Shown piece by piece: positions 49,445-59,251 of a stretch of DNA of 64,000 bases (positions are counted from its first letter, which is position 1; every line of letters starts with the position of its first letter). Both the position numbers and the translations under genes were made by a program. Source of the stretch: Flavobacteriales bacterium (GTDB lineage Bacteria; Bacteroidota; Bacteroidia; Flavobacteriales; UBA7430); assembly GCA_965662265.1 (NCBI GenBank), contig CBFIGX010000005.1:7494-71493 (forward strand). The letters run 5' to 3'. Below the pieces are notes generated by a model. The model was not told the origin of the DNA. It was given only the letters and a program-made list of their open reading frames with translations, and searched no databases.

Positions 49445-50573
49445 ATTTTACAAATCTACATTCGAGTTTAGCTTGAAAAATTTCTATTTTTCTAGATGAA
49501 CGAAGTCCAACATACTTCAAACCTTCTAAGTGAGATGTTAAAAACCAGGCTTCAGCACCGGCGTAATATTTCTTCAATGTATTACCTATAGCTTCGTATA
49601 AAGTAGGAATATTTTCTTTTATTCTAACACCATATGGAGGGTTAAATACCAGATGAGTTGGGCCGTCGGGTTTTGATGTTTCAAAAAAGTTTTTATGTTG
49701 AATCTCGATATACTCTTCTAAACCAGAATTTGCAATATTTAACTTTGCATGTTCTACCGTTTCTTTGTTAAGATCGTATCCAATTATTTTACCATAGCAA
49801 TCTTGAGCTTTTTTTAGCTGACTAGCTCTAATGAGGTCCCATAAATCTTGATCATAGTCAGGCCAGTGTTGAAACGCGTAGTGTGGACGGTTAATATTAG
49901 CTGGTATATTGGCTCCAATCATGGCAGCTTCAATTAAAAAAGTACCAGAACCACACATACCATCAACAAAATGAGATTTTTTATCCCAGCCACTAAGAAG
50001 TATAAGACCGGCAGCTAAAGCTTCAGATATAGGTGCCTCATTAGTATGTAATCTGTAGCCTCTTTTGTGAAGAGATTTTCCAGAACTATCTATTGATAAA
50101 GTACAAGAGTCATTAGTGATATGTATATTGAGTCTTATGTCTGGCTCATCTAAATCTACATCAGGTCTTAAACCACAGTTATCTCTAAATTGATCTACAA
50201 TGGCATCTTTAGCCTTTAGAGAAATATATAATGAATGATTGAAATAAGGGGAATTAACGAAAGAATCAATCGCAAAAGTTTGATCAATAGTCATGTAATT
50301 ACTCCAATCTATAGCACTCATTTGGCTATAAAACTCGGCTTCATTTTTGACTTTAAAGGTTTTTATTGGTTTTATGATTCTTACGGCAGTCCTCAAGGAG
50401 AGATTAGCTTTATACATAAATCCCAAATCACCTTTAAACTTTACGGCACGTCTTAGTGTTTTAATATCTTGTGCACCCAACTGAAGTAATTCTTTAGCAA
50501 GTACATCCTCTAGACCATGATAGGTCTTAGCAATCATTTCATAATTGCAATCCATGTTTGTTTTCTTTGGCAT
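49392..50573 (-). CDS. THUMP-domain RNA methyltransferase (RlmL-like)
   Basis: SGKSLHKRGYR, APISEALAA, DGMCGSGT, NPPYG. Confidence 0.9.
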   Translation of the reverse strand: MPKKTNMDCNYEMIAKTYHGLEDVLAKELLQLGAQDIKTLRRAVKFKGDLGFMYKANLSLRTAVRIIKPIKTFKVKNEAEFYSQMSAIDWSNYMTIDQTFAIDSFVNSPYFNHSLYISLKAKDAIVDQFRDNCGLRPDVDLDEPDIRLNIHITNDSCTLSIDSSGKSLHKRGYRLHTNEAPISEALAAGLILLSGWDKKSHFVDGMCGSGTFLIEAAMIGANIPANINRPHYAFQHWPDYDQDLWDLIRASQLKKAQDCYGKIIGYDLNKETVEHAKLNIANSGLEEYIEIQHKNFFETSKPDGPTHLVFNPPYGVRIKENIPTLYEAIGNTLKKYYAGAEAWFLTSHLEGLKYVGLRSSRKIEIFQAKLECRFVKYELYSGSKKAKKQTVGG

Positions 50574-50630
50574 TCCCTTAAACCATCTTTGTTTACTACA
50601 AAGATAAATGTATTTAATAAAGCAAAAAAT

Positions 50631-51836
50631 CTATAGCAATTTACCTGCAATGAATCCAGTAGTCCAAGCTGCCTGAAAGTTAAACCCACCAGTAATACCG
50701 TCAATATCAAGTATTTCTCCTGCAAAATATAAGTTTTTGTATTTGTATGTTGACATTGTATTTGGATTTATTTCTTCTAAACTTACACCCCCACAAGTTA
50801 CAAACTCTTCCTTAAAGGTAGTTTTGCCAGATACATTATAGGTGTCGTTAAGTAAAACATTGACAATTTTATTTCGATCTTTTTTTGATATGTCTTTCCA
50901 AAATATATCTTCATCAACACCTATTTTACAAACTAGATAATTCCAAATTCTAGAAGGAAGGCTAAAGGGATTGGTGTTTTTTATTTTCTTTTTTTCAATA
51001 GATAATAATTTATGATCTAAAAGAAGCTTTACCTGATCTTCATTTTTAATTGAAAGCCAATTTATTTGCAAGGTAAACTGGTAATTTTTTTCTTTTAAAT
51101 ACCTAGCGCCCCATGCAGATAATTTTAGTACGGCGGGACCACTCATTCCCCAGTGTGTAATAAGAACAGGACCTTGGTATTCTAGTTTTGTAGATTGAAT
51201 ACGTACCGATGTATTTTCTACAACAACTCCCATCAACTCTTTAATAGACGCTTCAGGCATGTTAAAAGTAAAAAGAGACGGAACTGGATCTACTATTGGT
51301 AAATTAAAAGCGTTAAGCCAATCAAAGCCTTTAATTTTAGGACTACCTCCAGTGGCAATTATGACCTTATCGAATAATTTGATTTCTTTATTTACTTCAA
51401 GTCGAAAGTTATCATTTAATTTAGATATCGCGCTCACTCTAGACTCAGTTAAAATCTTAATATCTAGGTCTTGTGCTTCTTTTAAAAAACAATTTATTAT
51501 TGTTTGAGAGTTATCTGTAATAGGGAACATTCTGTTATCATCCTCTGTTTTGAGTGCTACATTTCTTGCTTCGAACCAGTCGATGGTATCTTGGACATGA
51601 AATTGTGAAAATGACTTTTTCAAAAAGGACTCACCTCTTGGATAAAACTTTGACAATTGAGAGGTCTTTAAGCAATGATGAGTAACATTACAACGTCCTC
51701 CCCCAGAAACCTTAAGTTTAGATAGTAGTTTGTTTGATTTTTCAAACAGGGTTACTTGTGAGTTTTTGTGATGCTTTTTAACAGAAAAGGAAGCGAAAAA
51801 ACCTGCGGCACCGCCTCCTATGATTGCTACTTTCAT
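50631..51836 (-). CDS. HI0933/BaiN-family flavoprotein
   Basis: GGGAAG, SGGGRCNVT, THWGMSGP, TCGGV, GITGGFNFQAAW. Confidence 0.92.
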   Translation of the reverse strand: MKVAIIGGGAAGFFASFSVKKHHKNSQVTLFEKSNKLLSKLKVSGGGRCNVTHHCLKTSQLSKFYPRGESFLKKSFSQFHVQDTIDWFEARNVALKTEDDNRMFPITDNSQTIINCFLKEAQDLDIKILTESRVSAISKLNDNFRLEVNKEIKLFDKVIIATGGSPKIKGFDWLNAFNLPIVDPVPSLFTFNMPEASIKELMGVVVENTSVRIQSTKLEYQGPVLITHWGMSGPAVLKLSAWGARYLKEKNYQFTLQINWLSIKNEDQVKLLLDHKLLSIEKKKIKNTNPFSLPSRIWNYLVCKIGVDEDIFWKDISKKDRNKIVNVLLNDTYNVSGKTTFKEEFVTCGGVSLEEINPNTMSTYKYKNLYFAGEILDIDGITGGFNFQAAWTTGFIAGKLL

Positions 51837-51893
51837 AGGGCTAAAATAAATACGATTCTAAACTAATATACTTAGTTTCTAGTAGATTTTTTT

Positions 51894-53651
51894 TTAAATC
51901 TTTCGCATCCTCAGGCTTTCTGGTGTTACTTCTAGATACTCATCTTCTCCAATATACTCCATAGATTCTTCGAGTGAAAAAACAATTTTTGGTGCAATTT
52001 TCATGGCGTCATCTGAGCCAGATTTCCTCATATTTGTTAATTGCTTACCCTTAATCAAATTAACTTCTAAATCGTTATCTCTAGAGTGTTCACCAACAAC
52101 TTGGCCTTTATAAATGACATCTCCTGGGTCAACAAAAAAACGACCTCGATCTTGTAATCTGTTAATGGCAAAACCAGTAGCAGGTCCTTGTTCCATAGAA
52201 ATAAGAGCTCCTTTAGGTTTGGCATTGAGTTGACCTTTAAAAGGCAAATACTCTCTAAACCTATGGGTCATAATAGCCTGCCCAGCAGTAGCGGTAAGCA
52301 TATTGTTTCTCAATCCTATCAAGCCTCGCGATGGAATATCAAACTCTAAATGTTGAAGGTCTCCTTTAGGCTCCATGACCAATAAGTCACCTTTACGTTG
52401 TGTTACTAGCTCAATGGCTTTTCCAGAGTAGTCATCTGGCACATCAATAACCAATGACTCATATGGTTCACACGTTTGCCCATTAATTTCTTTTTTAATC
52501 ACCTGAGGTTTTCCTACTTGAAGTTCATATCCCTCACGTCTCATTGTTTCAATTAAAACAGACAAATGGAGTATTCCTCGACCATAAACATTAAACTTGT
52601 CTTCAGTATCTGTTTCTTCAACACGTAGTGCAAGATTTTTTTCAGTCTCTTTAAATAAGCGATCTCTTAGATGGCGTGAAGTGACAAATTTTCCTTCTTT
52701 ACCAAAGAATGGGGAATTATTAATTGTAAAAAGCATACTCATAGTAGGCTCATCGACAGCTATTCGTGGAAGTGGGTCCGGATTGTCGATATCTGCCAGA
52801 GTATCCCCAATTTCAAAATCTTCTAAGCCAATTATTGCACATAAATCGCCACTCCTTACCTGTTCAACTTCAGTTCTTCCCAAACCCTCAAAAACGTAAA
52901 GTTCTTTGATGCGAACTTTTTTATTTGCACCATCTTTACAAAGCATATAATCTTTACCTCGAATTAAATCGCCTCTAAACACTCTTCCAATCGCTATTCT
53001 ACCTTTGAAACTAGAAAAATCTAAGGATGTAATTTGCATTTGTGCAGTACCTTTATTGTATGGTGCCTCCGGAATTGTATCTAATACAGCATCTAATAAT
53101 GGAACTATGTTCTTTGTTGGCTTCGTCCAATCTGTACTCATCCAACCTTGCTTTGATGAACCATAAATAGTTACAAAATCTAATTGATTTTCTGTCGCAT
53201 CGAGATTAAACATCAAATCGAATACCTGTTCTTGAACAATCTCTGGTGTACAATTTTCTTTATCCACTTTATTAACAACTACAATAGGCTTTAAACCAAG
53301 TGAGATTGCCTTACTTAAAACAAAACGTGTTTGAGGCATAGCCCCTTCAAAGGCATCAACTAGTAACAAAACTCCATCCGCCATTTTCAACACACGTTCC
53401 ACTTCCCCCCCAAAATCAGCGTGACCAGGCGTGTCAAGTATATTGATTTTCACACCTTTATACATGGCAGCAACGTTTTTGGAAAGAATAGTAATACCCC
53501 GTTCTCTTTCTAAATCATTATTATCCAAAATTAAATCACCTGTATCTTTTCGAGGATCCATAATTTGGCATTCGTGAATAATTTTATCTACCAAAGTTGT
53601 TTTACCGTGGTCAACGTGGGCAATGATTGCAATATTACGTATAGACTTCAT
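51894..53651 (-). CDS. typA: Translational GTPase TypA/BipA
   Basis: AHVDHGKTT, ERERGITI, DTPGHADFGGEVER, NKVD, GRGILHL. Confidence 0.97.
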   Translation of the reverse strand: MKSIRNIAIIAHVDHGKTTLVDKIIHECQIMDPRKDTGDLILDNNDLERERGITILSKNVAAMYKGVKINILDTPGHADFGGEVERVLKMADGVLLLVDAFEGAMPQTRFVLSKAISLGLKPIVVVNKVDKENCTPEIVQEQVFDLMFNLDATENQLDFVTIYGSSKQGWMSTDWTKPTKNIVPLLDAVLDTIPEAPYNKGTAQMQITSLDFSSFKGRIAIGRVFRGDLIRGKDYMLCKDGANKKVRIKELYVFEGLGRTEVEQVRSGDLCAIIGLEDFEIGDTLADIDNPDPLPRIAVDEPTMSMLFTINNSPFFGKEGKFVTSRHLRDRLFKETEKNLALRVEETDTEDKFNVYGRGILHLSVLIETMRREGYELQVGKPQVIKKEINGQTCEPYESLVIDVPDDYSGKAIELVTQRKGDLLVMEPKGDLQHLEFDIPSRGLIGLRNNMLTATAGQAIMTHRFREYLPFKGQLNAKPKGALISMEQGPATGFAINRLQDRGRFFVDPGDVIYKGQVVGEHSRDNDLEVNLIKGKQLTNMRKSGSDDAMKIAPKIVFSLEESMEYIGEDEYLEVTPESLRMRKI

Positions 53652-53709
53652 TGTTAATTTTTTGAGACTGCAAAACTAACGAGAATATATGATTGACCGT
53701 CTATTTTAT

Positions 53710-54378
53710 TCAGTTATTTGCCGAATCAGTAAAATATAGATGTATGAGATGTTTTTTTTGCAAAGCAAATGTCAACAAGGAATTAACTCCATTTAGATTC
53801 AATTTTCTACATATATTAAACCTATGATTCTGCACCGTTTTAACACTAACAAATAACATTTCAGCAATTTGATTTGAACTGAAATTATCTGCTATTAGCT
53901 TTAAAATTTTAGACTCACTCTTCGTTAATGATTTTATTGTAGTACTAGAGGACAAATCTATATTACTTTCCCTGCTTGTAAAAAACATTTGTATAGATGA
54001 TGAAGTGAAAATATCGTCATCAAAAACTGTATGTATACCTCTTATAATTTCATCAGTTACATCTTCTTTTAACACATAAACTTTCGCACCAAAATCTAGT
54101 GCTAAATTATATATGGATTCATCCTTATACTTAGTCAAAATAATAATCTTAGTTTTAAGATTAAGGTCTTTGATCTTTCTTGTAATCTCTAGTCCATTTA
54201 TATTTGGTAAATCTACACCCAAGATTGCTAGATCTGGATGTAAGGACTGTATTGTTTCTAATACTTCATCGCCTTTGGTAAGCGTGTGTTCAACATTAAA
54301 ATTTTTTTCTTTATTTATAATTGATTTTAATCCATACAAAAAGACTGGATGATCATCCGCCACTATTATTTTTTTCAT
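53710..54378 (-). CDS. NarL/LuxR-family response regulator, atypical receiver (Asp replaced by Gly)
   Basis: ADDHP receiver motif; PDLAILGVDLP; LuxR HTH LTKSE..IL..IA...IAEMLFVSVKTVQNHR. Confidence 0.88.
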   Translation of the reverse strand: MKKIIVADDHPVFLYGLKSIINKEKNFNVEHTLTKGDEVLETIQSLHPDLAILGVDLPNINGLEITRKIKDLNLKTKIIILTKYKDESIYNLALDFGAKVYVLKEDVTDEIIRGIHTVFDDDIFTSSSIQMFFTSRESNIDLSSSTTIKSLTKSESKILKLIADNFSSNQIAEMLFVSVKTVQNHRFNICRKLNLNGVNSLLTFALQKKHLIHLYFTDSANN

Positions 54379-54683
54379 GATTATATATTTTTATTGATTA
54401 TGTTTTAGCTTTATTATTAAAATTGGCACTATGTTTTTATTAAATATTATTATAGAAATTATTACGCAATATCAAATATATGATAATTTACATATTATAT
54501 TAGTTAGTTTTATTATATTGTTTTGTGTATTATCACTCAATTTTATTTAAAATTGCACGCACCACAATATATAGTCGAATGTAAAAAAACCGAATCGAAT
54601 AAATGATTAGGTTAATTGGTTAGTTGGTGTAAAGAATTGATATACGAGTATGATTTTCTTAATTAAATTATTATGTTGTTGGC

Positions 54684-55715
54684 ATGAAATATAGGGTTCC
54701 ATTTTTTTTTATACTAACACTTTTATTTAGCGCTTGTCGTGTTAATTACAATAGCGCAATTCATTTTGATAAAATTCCGAAGCAAATAGCACCTGATTAT
54801 AGCAATCAAAATAATTGGGCTGCACTGCCATTTGTAAAAGATTATGCTGATTTAGTTCCCAGCGAGGACACAAGAGACGAACAGGATGAAAGTTTGATAG
54901 ATGTTTTTTATGTACATCCTACTACATTTGGTTCTAAAAATAGTCCCGAATGGAATGCGAATGTCGAAGATGATAAAACTAACTTCATCACTGATTTCTG
55001 GGCCATTAGGCACCAATCTTCTGTGTTTAACAATGTTGGTAAAATTTACGCACCACGGTATAGGCAAGCACACGTTAAATCTTATTACCATCTTGATAGC
55101 GGTGGCAAAGAAGCTTTGTTATTTGCTTATGAAGATGTCAAACGTGCTTTCGAATATTACTTGAAAAATTACAACAAAGGGAGACCATTCATAATAGCAT
55201 CTCACAGTCAAGGTAGTACACATGCGAATTTTTTAATTCGAGATTTTATAGATGGAAAAGCTCTTTCTAAAAAACTAGTTGCTGCTTATTTGTTAGGCAT
55301 GAGTATTAATAAAGATGTTTTTAAAACAATTCCACCTTGTGAAGGTGCTACTCAAACACAGTGTTTTGTAAGTTGGCAAACTTTTAGTGAAGGCTACTTA
55401 CCCAAAGATGACTTTGATGAATACAGGCAAAATGCATTCGTAATAAATCCAATTTCTTGGTCTTTAGATGAGGATTACAGTGAATTGAAAGAACATAAAG
55501 GTTTGGTAATGTCAGACTTTAAAACCGTCTATAAGCGTTCACTAAAGGCTAGAATAAACAAGAAAAAAAATATCATTTGGATTACTAAACCTAAAGTCCC
55601 ATTTTCTTTTTTGTTAAAAAGGAAAGACTATCACATGGGAGATTATAACTTATTCTGGTTTAACATAAGAGAAAATGCAAAACTCCGTACCAATTCATAT
55701 TTGAAGAAGCTATGA
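54684..55715 (+). CDS. DUF3089 alpha/beta-hydrolase-fold lipoprotein
   Basis: FSAC lipobox; DVFYVHPT, APRYRQA, SHSQG, YHMGDY. Confidence 0.88.
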   Translation: MKYRVPFFFILTLLFSACRVNYNSAIHFDKIPKQIAPDYSNQNNWAALPFVKDYADLVPSEDTRDEQDESLIDVFYVHPTTFGSKNSPEWNANVEDDKTNFITDFWAIRHQSSVFNNVGKIYAPRYRQAHVKSYYHLDSGGKEALLFAYEDVKRAFEYYLKNYNKGRPFIIASHSQGSTHANFLIRDFIDGKALSKKLVAAYLLGMSINKDVFKTIPPCEGATQTQCFVSWQTFSEGYLPKDDFDEYRQNAFVINPISWSLDEDYSELKEHKGLVMSDFKTVYKRSLKARINKKKNIIWITKPKVPFSFLLKRKDYHMGDYNLFWFNIRENAKLRTNSYLKKL

Positions 55716-55717
55716 CT

Positions 55718-57211
55718 CTAACTAGATGCTTTTTTAGATATAGATAACACTTTCCATTTGGCGGATTCATTCATTCTGGAAGAAGGTAATTTTACAGCCG
55801 TTACTCTAACTGTATCGCCCAATTCGTGGCCTCTTTTTTGTGCAAACTCCATATTAATTGGAACAGAAGCTACAAGGTGTAAATTATCTTCCTTTCTAAT
55901 TTGATCTTCAACAACTTTATAAATAGATCTCTTAGGTCTCTTCTCTGTATTATCTACATTTAAAGCTTTGTATTTAACGCCTTGATGGTTTGCAACTCTT
56001 TGCAGTTTTAAATCTACAAAACCTCCAACTTTTATCCGCTTATCACCAAACAACTTAAAAGCGCCATGAACGTCATCAGACACAATAAATTCGGCTAAAT
56101 CTTTATCCGAATTAATACCATAAATTATTCCTGTTTGAGAGGTCCAATCTTTAAACACTTCCCTAACAAGTGGTTTGGAAAAACGATAACAATAAGTCTG
56201 TACATTTACGCTTTTCTTATTCTTCTTAAACCACTCTAATTTTTGATGTGACTTCCACTCATCAGTTATACCTTTACCTAACTCTCGTTTTGTGTCGTTA
56301 ATTGTATAATACAAAGCCTTAGCAATATCGTACTGCTGTTCGTTTAAAAACATATGATAAAGCTTCATCTGTGGTCTTAACAATTGCCCTGCCCTTGTGT
56401 GACAAATAATTGCCTTAGATAAGGCTCTCATTTTACGTATGGGATCATTCACTATATCGGCCAATAATTCCCAACCTAAATATTCCTTACTTCTTTTACG
56501 AATATATTCTAGAATGGCTAATTCTGCATCTTGCTTGTTACCGCTAGCATCATGTGCCTTGGCTCTGTAATAAGCTGTGTAGGGAATATTAGGATAGTGA
56601 ACTTCAACAAAATCTAGTTCTTCAAGTAGTATCTTTATATCTGATTTGTTCGGGCTTTCTTTTGCTGTTAGGACCTTAGCGATAGTTAATAAAATTTGTT
56701 CTCCCAAGGATGGTTTTTTCTCACCATCTTCATTAATTGCTTCAAAATGATTTGGAGGAAGGTGGCGTAGCCTCTGGTGAATAAGAAGATTTAAATAGGA
56801 TGTGTTATATTCTTTTGACTCGAGAGCAGAGCTTGTTATAAAAGTGAATAAGCTCGTTTTTGGTGGCAATTGTACGTGTGCAATTTTTGCAAACAAGTTG
56901 TCAAATACTTCAGATGGTGCTTCAGATCGCGTAAGTTCTTTTATAAACTTACCAACTTGCCACATAATATTCTCGTGTATCACGGAGTCTCGCGCTGGAA
57001 TATCTAGTTCATAGAACTCATCTAAGTAAGCAAAAAATTGCTCTTTGTTGTCTAGTAAACAATGTTTCTGAAGCAAGTCAGTTAGAACTCTAGCTAGATC
57101 TTTCTTAACCAACTCTTGATCTGGCTTCTTTGCTAATCTTATTTTTGCCATTTCATAGGCATGGAGCACATCTCCTTCTCTTCTCAGACTGTCAATCACG
57201 GACATAAACAT
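55718..57211 (-). CDS. TPR-like helical protein with C-terminal S1/cold-shock OB-fold-like domains
   Basis: Helical repeats (YYRAKAH, WELLAD, ALSKA) followed by beta-rich GIIYGIN...GGFVDLKL and GDTVRVTAV. Confidence 0.6.
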   Translation of the reverse strand: MFMSVIDSLRREGDVLHAYEMAKIRLAKKPDQELVKKDLARVLTDLLQKHCLLDNKEQFFAYLDEFYELDIPARDSVIHENIMWQVGKFIKELTRSEAPSEVFDNLFAKIAHVQLPPKTSLFTFITSSALESKEYNTSYLNLLIHQRLRHLPPNHFEAINEDGEKKPSLGEQILLTIAKVLTAKESPNKSDIKILLEELDFVEVHYPNIPYTAYYRAKAHDASGNKQDAELAILEYIRKRSKEYLGWELLADIVNDPIRKMRALSKAIICHTRAGQLLRPQMKLYHMFLNEQQYDIAKALYYTINDTKRELGKGITDEWKSHQKLEWFKKNKKSVNVQTYCYRFSKPLVREVFKDWTSQTGIIYGINSDKDLAEFIVSDDVHGAFKLFGDKRIKVGGFVDLKLQRVANHQGVKYKALNVDNTEKRPKRSIYKVVEDQIRKEDNLHLVASVPINMEFAQKRGHELGDTVRVTAVKLPSSRMNESAKWKVLSISKKASS

Positions 57212-57342
57212 CGTTTATTAAAAAAGCAAAATTACAAAAAGCTATGATACATATAGCACACAATATTATATAAGTTTGAACATAACTCCAATGAAAGACG
57301 CTTTTCAGACACTGTAAATGAACAATTAAAGTCTTAAATGTT

Positions 57343-57350
57343 TATATTTG
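57343..57350 (+). promoter_or_regulatory. TAnnTTTG -7 element for the DUF349 gene
   Basis: TATATTTG 19 bp before the ATG. Confidence 0.65.
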
Positions 57351-57369
57351 CTAACCTTAATTTTTTTGA

Positions 57370-59208
57370 ATGGAAAAGATGACTGAAGAGAACAATTTAA
57401 CAAATGAAACAGTGATTAACGAATCTCCAACAGATTTGATTCAGGAACCTATTACAGACACCAATGATGTTGTGGATTTGGCTAGATATGTTTCCATGGA
57501 TACAGAGACACTTATTAATACAATTAATCATCTAATTGAGACAACTGCAATACAGAATCTAAAGCCTCATATCGAGGAAGCAAAAAAAGTGTTTTATGAT
57601 CGCAGTAATTCGGCTTACAGCGAAGCTTTAGAAAAGTTCAAGTCTGAACAGTCAGAAACTATTGAAGGAGAAGAAGAAGTTGCCTTTGAGTACAGCTATC
57701 CTCATACGGATAATTTTAAAGCAATGCTCAAGGTTTACAAAACAAAGAGAGATGCTTTTTATAAAGACCAAGAAAAGCAAATGAAAGCAAACCTTAAGCT
57801 TAAACTTGAATTAATAGAAGAGCTTAAAGGTTTACTAAATGCAGAAGAAAAAATTAAAGAAACTTTTGAGCACTTCAAAAGTATTCAGCAAAAATGGAAA
57901 TCTATAGGACAAGTTCCCATATCAGAGTTAAATAACTTATGGCAGACATACCACCATCATGTAGAAAAATTTTTCGATTATCTGCGTATCAATAACGATT
58001 TAAGAGATATTGAATTTAAACGCAATCTAAATCAAAAAATAAGTCTTTGCGAAAAGGCAGAATCTATAGGATCGGAAGAGAATTTAGATAAAGCCTTTGC
58101 TGTACTTCAAGAGCTACACTCAGAATGGAAAGAAATTGGACCAGTAGGAAAAGATCATAGAGAATCTATTTGGGAGAGATTCCAATCTGCTACTAAAATT
58201 ATACATAAAAAAAGAAATGATTTCTATGAGGAAAGAAAGCAATCTTTTGAAGCTAACTTTCAATCAAAAATTGCCATGTGTGAGCTTGTAGAAGCTATTG
58301 ATACTTCATCTCTTACGCACCACAACAAATGGCAGAAACAAACTGATGTCATCAATAAGCTCAGAGAAGATTGGAAAAAAATTGGTCCTATAAGCAGAGA
58401 GCAAAACAGTATTTCTTGGACTAGATTTATGGCTGCCATCAAGGAGTTCAAAACAAAGAAAAACAATTTCTATAAAGAACTAAAAAAAGATCAAAAGAGC
58501 AACCTTGCTCAAAAGCAAGCTATTGTTGAAAAAGCTGAATCACTTGCGGATAGTACAGATTGGGAAGAAACAGCAAATGTATTAAAAGGCTTACAAGCTG
58601 ATTGGAAAGCGTCGGGAATTGCTCCTAAAAAAGAGGCTGACTTACTTTGGAATAGACTAAAAACTGCGTGTAACACCTTTTTCGATAAGCTAAACGAACA
58701 ACAGGCAATAAAAGAAAAAGCCTATGAAGCTAATCTGGAAGCCAAACAAAAGTATATTATTGAGGTGGAAGCATTTAAAAATTCGGGGCATGCCAAAGAC
58801 GATGTCAAATCAATAATGTCTTTTGTTAATCATTGGAAAGAACTGGGAAAAGTACCTCGAAAAAATGTAAAATCTATTGAAACTAAATTTCATAAACTAA
58901 TTGATTCTTTCTTTGAACAATTGGATATGGATAAGAATGAAAAAAGAGACATCCAATTCAAATCAAAGATTGAAACTATCAAAGGTGAAGGGGATCCATC
59001 CAAATTAACAGACGAGTTGTATAATTTTCAACAGAGCGCTAAAAAATGTAAAGACGAATTGGTGCTCTTAGAAACAAATATGAGTTTCTTTAAACATGCA
59101 AAGGAAGATAACCCACTAGTTAAAGAAGCAAGAAATAATATAGACAAACAAAAAGCCAAGCTCGAAGAGCTGAATTCAAGAATTGCTTTTATTAAAAGCG
59201 TTATATGA
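57370..59208 (+). CDS. DUF349 domain repeat protein
   Basis: Repeated W(K)xIGPV/I...W.RF units and NL..K..L helical repeats. Confidence 0.9.
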   Translation: MEKMTEENNLTNETVINESPTDLIQEPITDTNDVVDLARYVSMDTETLINTINHLIETTAIQNLKPHIEEAKKVFYDRSNSAYSEALEKFKSEQSETIEGEEEVAFEYSYPHTDNFKAMLKVYKTKRDAFYKDQEKQMKANLKLKLELIEELKGLLNAEEKIKETFEHFKSIQQKWKSIGQVPISELNNLWQTYHHHVEKFFDYLRINNDLRDIEFKRNLNQKISLCEKAESIGSEENLDKAFAVLQELHSEWKEIGPVGKDHRESIWERFQSATKIIHKKRNDFYEERKQSFEANFQSKIAMCELVEAIDTSSLTHHNKWQKQTDVINKLREDWKKIGPISREQNSISWTRFMAAIKEFKTKKNNFYKELKKDQKSNLAQKQAIVEKAESLADSTDWEETANVLKGLQADWKASGIAPKKEADLLWNRLKTACNTFFDKLNEQQAIKEKAYEANLEAKQKYIIEVEAFKNSGHAKDDVKSIMSFVNHWKELGKVPRKNVKSIETKFHKLIDSFFEQLDMDKNEKRDIQFKSKIETIKGEGDPSKLTDELYNFQQSAKKCKDELVLLETNMSFFKHAKEDNPLVKEARNNIDKQKAKLEELNSRIAFIKSVI

Positions 59209-59213
59209 TGACT

Positions 59214-59241
59214 AAAAAGGCAAATAAGTATTTGCCTTTTT
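59214..59241. terminator. Hairpin with U-tract between the DUF349 gene and uvrB
   Basis: aaaaaggcaaata-ag-tatttgccttttt. Confidence 0.7.
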
Positions 59242-59251
59242 CTTTTTAACC

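Noticed and set aside
51894-51920. TypA ends early at LRMRKI
   Set aside because: All domains are present and only a short tail is missing; no evidence of pseudogenisation
54423-54440. TTGGCACTATGTTTTT as a second sigma-54 site
   Set aside because: Lacks the -12 TTG element and is about 245 bp from the next plus-strand gene
54562-54577. CCACAATATATAGTCG resembles an NrdR box
   Set aside because: Single copy, not next to nrd genes, and in an AT-rich spacer; NrdR boxes usually occur in tandem, so chance is likely
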